A DNA stretch of 64,000 nucleotides, taken from Diplonema japonicum (Eukaryota; Protista; Euglenozoa: Diplonemea). Each line of letters begins with the position of its first letter. Position 1 is the stretch's first letter. The position numbers and the translations under genes were made by a program. Positions 56,752 through 64,000 of this stretch are shown here, piece by piece. A model generated the notes under the pieces. That model saw only the letters and a list, made by a program, of their open reading frames with translations, did no database searches and had not been told where the DNA came from. The DNA is taken from positions 489,868 through 553,867 of the forward strand of contig OZ025690.1 of assembly GCA_964019335.1 (NCBI GenBank). Direction: 5' to 3'.

Positions 56752-57033
56752 ATATATGAGTTAAAGGAGGCCGGTGTTGGTGGCGCCCTGCACAAGAACT
56801 GTCTACTTGATTACAGGGGGCGCACCGCGGCCGGGTTGTAGCTTCTTCTGCGTTCCGCGTCGTGTCCTTAATGCATGCGGTGTGTAGCTCAACCCCAGCC
56901 GGGACGTCCCGGGTAACCAAGATTCTGCGCTCGTGCAGTTTGCTGCCAATTCATCACCCTGAGCATCTGCAATACGTTCTTCCACTCAGGCGCTACTGGT
57001 GATGACCAACGAGGAGGTCAGCAGCGAACAATA
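56752..57033. repeat. Non-coding dispersed repeat, copy 1
   Basis: ATATATGAGTTAAAGGAGGCCGGTGTTGG..CAAGAACTGTCTACTTGATTACAGGGGGCGCACCGC..GGTAACCAAGATTCTGCGCTC.., shared with 57612-58095. A further fragment lies at ~57480-57530 and an inverted one at ~60490-60525. Confidence 0.85.
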
Positions 57034-57611
57034 CATTTGCTCCTCTTATTGGTATTTTTCCCCTTCAAATTGTACTCTATCTTGGGTTATTACAGCCAAA
57101 AATAGGCTAAAAATGGTGAATATCACCCTTAGAAAGTAAAAAAGAATTTTTTTTTAACCATTAAAGGACAGGGGTTTTTGGGCAAAAAAAAGGTCACCAT
57201 CGACTTTTTTATTTTCTAAAATTAAAACATCCTCAAGCATGCAACCATAGAATGACGCTTGTGTAAACATGATGTGTTTACCTTTTTTTTTTTTTTTTTT
57301 TTTTTTTTTTCCCTTCTTTTTTTCTTGTCTTCTCACATTTTTTCGCACACCTAAGCCAAGCTGTTGTTTCTGCTTTCCGCATCAAATGTTGTATTTGGAT
57401 GTAATAGAAAAGGGGGGAAATAATAAATAATATGTATAAGAGGAGGGTGTGTATGTTTATACAACAACAGATCGGTTCCTTGCTTTCAGCGCCGTGCCCC
57501 TAATGCGTGCAATGTACAGCTCAACCCCTGTATCACACTGCCTGTTTGTTGCACATATTTTCATGTTATCCCCCCCCCCCCCCCCACCTGAAAATAATAT
57601 ATAGGAGATAA

Positions 57612-58095
57612 ATATATGAGTTAAAGGAGGCCGGTGTTGGCAGCACCCTGCACAAGAACTGTCTACTTGATTACAGGGGGCGCACCGCAGCCGAGTTGTA
57701 GCTTCTTCTGCGTTCTGCATCGTTTCCTTAACCACCACGGCCGGGTTGTAGCTTCTTCTGCATTCCACATCGTGCCCTTAATCACTGCAGCCAGGTTGTA
57801 ACTTCTTGCATTCCGTGTCATTTCCTTAACCACCACGGCCGGGTTGTAGCTTCTTCTGCATTCTGCATTGTGTCCTTAATCACCGCAGCCGAGTTGTAGC
57901 TTTTTGTGTTCTGTGTCATTTCCTTAATCACGATGGCCGGACAGCCGGGTTGTAGTTTCTTCTGCGTTCTGTGTCGTGTCCTTAATGTGTGTGGTGTTCA
58001 GCTCAACCCCAGCCAGGACACCCCAGGTAACCAAGATTCTGCGCTCATGTGGTTTGCTCAGTGATGACAGATGAGGAGGTCAACAGTGAACAACA
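57612..58095. repeat. Dispersed repeat, copy 2, with an internal ~50-bp minisatellite expanded to ~6 units (57690-57990)
   Basis: Unit GCCGGGTTGTAGCTTCTTCTGCATTCYRYRTCRTKTCCTTAAYCACCRCR. Copy 1 has a single unit. Confidence 0.85.
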
Positions 58096-58147
58096 CACGT
58101 TTTTCTTATATTTTCATGTTATCCCCACCACCTGAAAAAGAAGATCA

Positions 58148-58186
<39 letters not shown>

Positions 58187-59255
58187 TATATTGTCACCAG
58201 GAGGTGCACATTGTGACACCTGCTTTTCCCTGTGCAGCATAGTGGTACATGTTATAAAACACGTGCCATGTTGTGCACCCTGTGTTGCATACATCATGTG
58301 GAACATCAGGTATGCGAAATATGGTGTAAAATATGTCACAACACACCACATGGTGTGGTCGAAAATTTGCGGTGTTGGGGTGGTTTGTGGGCCAGACCCC
58401 TCAGACCCCACCAGTCTGGCCAACACTGCCCATCCCTTTTTTACTTTTTTTTTTTTGCATTGTACTTTTCTTGCAAAGGCCTCTTTTAATATTTTTTTCA
58501 AAGCAGGTCTCCAAACCCCCTGACATTTTTTTTAATTTTTTTATTTCACTCTTCAGAAATTACTTCACGCACTGGGGGGCCCATTACTTCATGCTAAATC
58601 TCATTACTTCATGGTGAAATAATGGCCTGTTTTCCGTGAAGTAATAGGGGGTTTCCGTTAAATAATATGCCTCAGTAGGCCAATTTTTGCCTCGGTTCGG
58701 TTCCCAGTGGGGCTACTTTTTCCTCTCAGTTTGCTATTTCCCCCCAGGTTCAGCTCAATTGGCCAACTTTTGCCTCGGCTCAGTTCCAAGTTGGACTACT
58801 TTTTCCTCCCAATTTGCCCACTTTTGGCTAGGCCTTGTTCCCAGTTTCTGTGGGTAACTCTTCTGTGGGTAAGGGTAACTTAGTCAGCTTAGCAAGACTT
58901 CAAAATACCGAAGCAGCAGAAAAAAAGGAGCCAGTGTAGGTATGGGAAGGCCTGATTAGAGATGGTGACAGTGGCAATGCCAGCGACAGTGGCAGCTCTT
59001 AGTCAACAAAAGGAGGAAAAACAACTTGTATTGTAACCTTTGTAACCCCTCTTGTTGTACCCCTTGTCACCCTGTTGTGCCCCTCGTGGTGAAGTAATTT
59101 CAGAGTGTCGTGAAATAAAACCACTTACCTACCACCAAGTAATGCTTTACCAACCTCTTGGTTCTGCATTTTACCATCTTGGGCCCTGTGGGCCCTCGAC
59201 GGTAAAATGCGGAACCTCGAGGTAATGGTAAAGTCATTACTTGTTGGCAGTAAAT

Positions 59256-59302
<47 letters not shown>

Positions 59303-59462
59303 TGGTCACAACAAGGTAGTATGAGCCTTGCCTCACATCCCACCCAAACCTAGGACCTCTTTTTTTGAACCTTTGAAACCAAAAGTGCCAAAAAAATGCA
59401 AGCCCCAGCCTAAATTTGGGCCTTTGTGACACAAAAAACACAAAGAAATTTTTTGGTCCCAA

Positions 59463-59524
59463 GAGTCCCCTGAGTCCCTTGAGTCCCTTGAGTCCCTTGA
59501 GTCCCTTGAGTCCCTTGAGTCCCC
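59463..59524. repeat. 9-bp tandem repeat (GAGTCCCTT), ~7 units
   Basis: Directly visible. Confidence 0.9.
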
Positions 59525-59628
59525 TCCAGACCCCTGAAAATTTCAGGGGACTCCTGTCCTGTCCCTTGGAGTCCCCTGAGTCCCTCAAGGGTCTGGACCA
59601 ACACTGTGCTGCCCCATGCACAGCACAA

Positions 59629-60063
59629 ATGGTGGCAATGACGCTCCACCTACAGGAGCCCCACGAGCGGCAATTCGACAATTCTTTACACAGCCTTTAC
59701 CCTGTGTATGAAATTTACCAGGAGAACAAAATGCAAAACCGAGCTGTGACCGCGTATGGCCCCACGTTCTGTATTGACACCATTGGTCATGCTGTTGAAG
59801 TTCTAGAATTATCCAACTCCGTTCGGGAAAAGCAAATTTATCTTGGAGTGGATGAGGGAACCATTGGAGGGGAGGAAGACTCCACCAAGGCCTTGACGAT
59901 GTGGTCCTACATTCTCAGCGACACCTTGGAAGAGATGGAAATGAGGGCTGAGGCAAAACGTTTCAAGCCTTTGAAAGACCTGACCACTGGACTCTCTGTT
60001 TTTGTATGCAGTATTTATTCTTTTCCACCCCTTTTTATCTATTTCTCCACTTCTCTATTCTAA
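59629..60063 (+). pseudogene. Possible gene fragment of unknown function
   Basis: Protein-like stretch containing IYLGVDE (Walker B-like) that runs into a pyrimidine-rich tail. No other support. Confidence 0.3.
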
Positions 60064-60354
60064 CTTAAAATCATTTCAGCTACCCCTGTGTCACTCTTGC
60101 ATGTTTCTTTTCCCTTTCGTCTGCTTCTCCTCCCTCTTTCCCCCTTGTCAATTCACTTTTTCACTACTGCTCTCTTTGGCTTCCTTCTGTTAACTCTTCT
60201 CATCATTTAAAACCTACCCTCTCACCCTTTGTATTATTATTTTTGTTTACCATAGCTCACATTGGTTTCAACCAAAGCTTACTTACAGGAGGTGCCATGT
60301 GAAGGCTGTGAGTCGGGTTTTAACCTCCCTTTTTTTTGGCTCCCCCTGTTGGGA

Positions 60355-60480
60355 TGTTCTGCTGTTCCACCATGTTCCACCAGTTCCACCAGTTTCACCA
60401 TGTTCTGCCAGTTTTGCCATGTTCCACTGGTTCCACCAGTTCTGCCAGTTCCACCAGTTACATGTTCCACCAGTTCCACA
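60355..60480. repeat. Degenerate 9-10-bp tandem repeat (GTTCCACCA/T)
   Basis: Directly visible. Confidence 0.85.
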
Positions 60481-60667
60481 ATGTCCATTGCACACTGCAT
60501 GCATTAAGGACACAATGCAGAACTTACCTCTTTTATTATTGGGTGGGGATGACACAGAAATATGGAAATATAAAGAAGTACATCAGATGTCTTGTTCACT
60601 GTTGACCTCCATGTCAGACCTTGCACTCTATTATTTAGTTTCCACCCTTTCCATTTTCTTCCCAATC

Positions 60668-61222
60668 TTTTTTTCTGAGGTAAAATATCACTATTCAGGT
60701 GTTTTTGACAATTTCTTTTGTGAGGAAAAAAATTCTTTGGGCACTTTTTTTTTGACCCATGACCATCTCACTTTCACTATTAGCCTCATTAAGGTCTAGA
60801 ATAGGTATTTTTGAGGGATTTTTTTTTTTTTTGAGAAAAAATCAATTTAAGGGTGTTTTTGGCCACTTTTTTTTGGGAGGAAAAGCAATTTTTTTGGACA
60901 CTATTTTTTTTTTTTTTCCAGCACCCCATGCACCCAATAAAGTACAGTAAAAAAAAGGGGGTCAATACAAAGAATGAGAAGGGTAAGTCATAAAGGAGAG
61001 AAAACCAACAGATAGACCATTACTAGGCCTGATATAGGCACCCTTATGGAAAAAAATCAATTTTTCTGAGGTAAAAACCACTTTTCAGGTGTTTTTGACC
61101 ACTTGTTCATGTGAAAAATAGTTTTTTTTTTGGGCACCTTTTTTTTTGACCCCCAAACATCTCACTTTCACCCCACTTCACTAAATGCCTCTATTGAGGC
61201 CTAGGATAGGTACTTTTGAGAA
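60668..61222. repeat. Two diverged ~160-bp direct repeats (60668-60815 and 61060-61222)
   Basis: Shared TTTTTCTGAGGTAAAA..CACT.TTCAGGTGTTTTTGAC..TTTTTTGACCC..CATCTCACTTTCAC..CTAG.ATAGGTA.TTTTGAG. Confidence 0.8.
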
Positions 61223-61232
61223 AAAAAAATTA

Positions 61233-61644
61233 GAGAACCGTTCAGCTGGAGGAGCTTGAGAGCTCAGAAGTGGTTTCAGAGCTTGAGGAGCTTGTGACAG
61301 CTGACCCTGAGCTGGTTCTGGTGGTGGAGGTGGGGAACTCGCCAGCTGTCGAAGTCTTGTCCATGAAGACGATGGTCCTTCCTTCCGGACTTCGGTTCCT
61401 CGTTGTCACCGACTCCATAGGCTGTGTTACAAGGATAGGCTCTTGGTTTCTTGAAGAGTGCGACCACCTGACGTCTGTTGATCTCATCCTCCCCAATGTT
61501 TCCACCATTGATGAAAATCTTTTATATGAGTGCAAAAAACTAGAAACCATCAACTTGAATGCGATGACCAATCTTTCTTCCATTGGTGATGGCTTCTTGT
61601 TTGGGTGCGAAAAACTAGAAACCATCGACTTGAATGTGATGACC
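61233..61644 (+). pseudogene. Partial duplicate of the LRR gene, lacking the ATG and Ubl domain
   Basis: 412 bp matching 62226-62637 (offset 993) with 8 substitutions. Confidence 0.9.
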
Positions 61645-61962
61645 GGAACGCATCACTCGACTTCGCAAGACGCTCACAGCCTCGATTGGGATGAAAGCAA
61701 TGCTCCAGAAGGGGAGTATTAACAGATAGACCCCCCCCCTCCCATAGGGCGGCCCTCTAGCGGGGGCTTGTCCTGTACTCTGAGTTTAATAAATAGTTAT
61801 TCGTCACCTTTTTCTTAAGATGTTCGTTTCACAGTAGGTTTTTTTATTTTCTGAGGTTCTTCTTCTTCATTTGACTCCTGCAGCCTTTGAGACAAAGCAC
61901 ACAGGGAAAATACATTAGAAAAAAAGAAAAAGAAAGAAAAAAAAAAACAATATTAAAACAAC

Positions 61963-63222
61963 ATGAATGGAAAGAGAGAGGGATCAGGTGAAGAGGTGAA
62001 CGATATGACAGTGTTCGTGAAGACGGGAGGCGGGGTTCACGATGTGGAAGTGTCGGGGAAGGAGACGGTGGGGATCCTGTACAAGAAGGCGGGTTGTGCT
62101 GCTTGTTTACTCGAAGGCAAGTTCGAACTGGTTTGGGAGGGAGAGGTCCTGGACAGGAACGGGGGTGAAGATATCCAGGAACTCGGGCTCGTGGAGGGCA
62201 GCGTGGTCCATGTGGAGGCGAAGATGAGAACCGTTCAGCTGGAAGAGCTTGAGAGCTCAGAAGTGGTTTCAGAGCTTGAGGAGCTTGTGACAGCTGACCC
62301 TGAGCTGGTTCTGGTGGTGGAGGTGGGGAACTCGCCAGCTGTCGAAGTCTTGTCCATGAAGACGACGGTCCTTCCTTCCGGACTTCGGTTCCTCGTTGTC
62401 ACCGACTCCATAGGCTGTGTTACAAGGATAGGCTCTGGGTTTCTTGAAGAGTGCGACCACCTGACGTCTGTTGATCTCATCCTCCCCAATGTTTCCACCA
62501 TTGATGAAAATCTTTTATATGAGTGCAAAAAACTAGAAACCATCAACTTGAATGCGATGACCAATCTTTCTTCCATTGGTAATCGCTTCTTGTTTAGGTG
62601 CGAAAAACTAGAAACCATCAACTTGAATGCGATGACCAATCTTTCTTCCATTGGTTATTGCTTCTTGTCTGGGTGCAAAAAACTAGAAACCATCAACTTG
62701 AATGCTATGACCAATCTTTCTTCTATTGGTGATTACTTCTTGTCTGGGTGCAAAAAACTAGAAACCATCAACTTGAATGCGATGACCAATCTTTCTTCCA
62801 TTGGTGATTACTTCTTGTCTGGGTGCAAAAAACTAGAAGCCATCAACTTGAATGCTATGACCAATCTTTCTTCCATTGGTGATTACTTCTTGTCTGGGTG
62901 CAAAAAACTAGAAACCATCAACTTGAATGCGATGACCAATCTTTCTTCTATTGGTGATTACTTCTTGTCTGGGTGCGAAAAACTAGAAACCATCGACTTG
63001 AATGCGATGACCAATCTTTCTTCTATTGGTGATTGCTTCTTGTCTGGGTGCAAAAAACTAGAAACCATCAACTTGGATGCGATGACCAATCTTTCTTCCA
63101 TTGGTAATCGCTTCTTGTTTAGGTGCGAAAAACTAGAAACCATCAACTTGAATGCGATGACCAATCTTTCTTCCATTGGTAATGGCCCAGGTCCAGGACC
63201 ATCTGCGGAAGATGGGTGTTGA
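61963..63222 (+). CDS. Ubiquitin-like domain + BspA/TpLRR-type leucine-rich repeat protein, 419 aa, possibly truncated at the C-terminus
   Basis: Ubl-like region MTVFVKT..VEVSGKETVGILY..LVWEGEVL..IQELGLVEGSVVHV. About 8.8 near-identical 25-aa units xCKKLETINLNAMTNLSSIGxxFLx span 62521-63183. No signal peptide. Confidence 0.85.
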   Translation: MNGKREGSGEEVNDMTVFVKTGGGVHDVEVSGKETVGILYKKAGCAACLLEGKFELVWEGEVLDRNGGEDIQELGLVEGSVVHVEAKMRTVQLEELESSEVVSELEELVTADPELVLVVEVGNSPAVEVLSMKTTVLPSGLRFLVVTDSIGCVTRIGSGFLEECDHLTSVDLILPNVSTIDENLLYECKKLETINLNAMTNLSSIGNRFLFRCEKLETINLNAMTNLSSIGYCFLSGCKKLETINLNAMTNLSSIGDYFLSGCKKLETINLNAMTNLSSIGDYFLSGCKKLEAINLNAMTNLSSIGDYFLSGCKKLETINLNAMTNLSSIGDYFLSGCEKLETIDLNAMTNLSSIGDCFLSGCKKLETINLDAMTNLSSIGNRFLFRCEKLETINLNAMTNLSSIGNGPGPGPSAEDGC

Positions 63223-63339
63223 AGAGGTCGACCTGCAGTCAGCGGTGGTGACGGTCCCGGGGTTGTTCGAGGACGTCTCCTTTGAGAGGTACCTTGGGCT
63301 GTTGGCCCGGAAGAAGGAGGAAGACAGGGAGAGGCGGCC

Positions 63340-64000
63340 AACCCGCAAACCCGCAAACCCGCAAACCCGCAAACCCGCAAACCCGCAAACCCGCAAACCC
63401 GCAAACCCGCAAACCCGCAAACCCGCAAACCCGCAAACCCGCAAACCCGCAAACCCCACAAACCCGCAAACCCGCAAACCCGCAAACCCGCAAACCCGCA
63501 AACCCGCAAACCCGCAAACCCGCAAACCCGCAAACCCGCAAACCCGCAAACCCGCAAACCCGCAAACCCGCAAACCCGCAAACCCGCAAACCCGCAAACC
63601 CGCAAACCCGCAAACCCGCAAACCCGCAAACCCGCAAACCCGCAAACCCGCAAACCCGCAAACCCGCAAACCCGCAAACCCGCAAACCCGAACCCGCAAA
63701 CCCGCAAACCCGCAAACCCGCAAACCCGCAAACCCGCAAACCCGCAAACCCGCAAACCCGCAAACCCGCAAACCCGCAAACCCGCAAACCCGCAAACCCG
63801 CAAACCCGCAAACCCGCAAACCCGCAAACCGCAAACCCGCAAACCCGCAAACCCGCAAACCCGCAAACCCGCAAACCCGCAAACCCGCAAACCCGCAAAC
63901 CCGCAAACCCGCAAACCCGCAAACCCGCAAACCCGCAAACCCGCAAACCCGCAAACCCGCAAACCCGCAAACCCGCAAACCGCAAACCCGCAAACCCGCA
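63340..64000. repeat. (AAACCCGC)n 8-bp satellite, ~82 units, running off the window
   Basis: Near-perfect array with a few variant units near 63455, 63690, 63828 and 63980. Confidence 0.97.

Larger units (their letters stand above)
56713..58145. mobile_element. 1.43-kb segment bounded by perfect 35-bp inverted repeats (MITE/foldback-like or paired dispersed repeats)
   Basis: ATCTTCTTTTTCAGGTGGTGGGGATAACATGAAAA at 56713-56747, with its exact reverse complement at 58111-58145. A third, C-expanded copy lies at ~57558-57594. Confidence 0.55.

Noticed and set aside
56875-56945. tRNA or tRNA-derived SINE head (GTGTAGCTCAA resembles an A-box)
   Set aside because: No B-box/TTC loop was found and no cloverleaf could be built.
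57690-57990. CRISPR-like array
   Set aside because: The ~50-bp units are contiguous and degenerate with no unique spacers, there are no cas genes, and the context is eukaryotic.
58548-59107. MITE bounded by ATTACTTCAC/GTGAAGTAAT inverted motifs
   Set aside because: The match is short and imperfect, the motif recurs locally in both orientations, and no TSD is visible.
55800-63222. Diversity-generating retroelement (RT + template repeat + variable LRR gene)
   Set aside because: The RT is a broken non-LTR type. The 8 differences between 61233-61644 and 62226-62637 are not adenine-specific on either strand: 4 G/A, 2 T/C, 1 T/G and 1 G/C.
63340-64000. True telomere, or the minus-strand (GLRVCGFA)n proteins of 248-334 aa
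   Set aside because: Strand polarity is opposite to a right-hand telomere. The ORFs exist only because the 8-mer lacks stop codons.

Overview
Eukaryotic nuclear DNA, most likely a euglenozoan such as a diplonemid. That is an inference from co-oriented dense genes, poly(U)-AG leaders, tiny GT-AG introns, an ingi-like RT relic and BspA-type LRRs. Bases 1-55.6 kb hold nine tightly packed minus-strand genes. In transcription order they are: a CCCH-RRM-YTH protein, a ~4,090-aa Ser/Thr-rich probably GPI-anchored protein, a mitochondrial membrane protein, a methyltransferase-CCCH protein, an SGNH hydrolase, an FtsH/YME1 protease, a SET (LSMT-like) methyltransferase, a kinesin, and a giant secreted protein that the ORF track misses. 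The giant gene has a 466-codon exon 1, a 32-nt intron, then a stop-free exon of at least 28.5 kb that runs off the left edge, giving >9,970 aa. It strings together Gly-rich, CBM1-like, myxobacterial-type Cys-repeat, DUF3011-like, vWA, WSC, PAN and discoidin-like modules and ~90-100 ten-Cys EGF/laminin-like units. It also contains a GC-rich block and an exact 293-bp internal duplication. Six 32-38-nt A/C-rich introns were reconstructed, five of them near gene 3' ends. Bases 55.7-64 kb form a repeat-rich divergent strand-switch region. It holds a non-LTR RT relic, a 1.4-kb element bounded by 35-bp perfect inverted repeats, minisatellites, a plus-strand Ubl-LRR gene with an upstream partial duplicate, a captured coding fragment and an (AAACCCGC)n satellite. 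Domain names come from motif recognition by eye, not from database searches.
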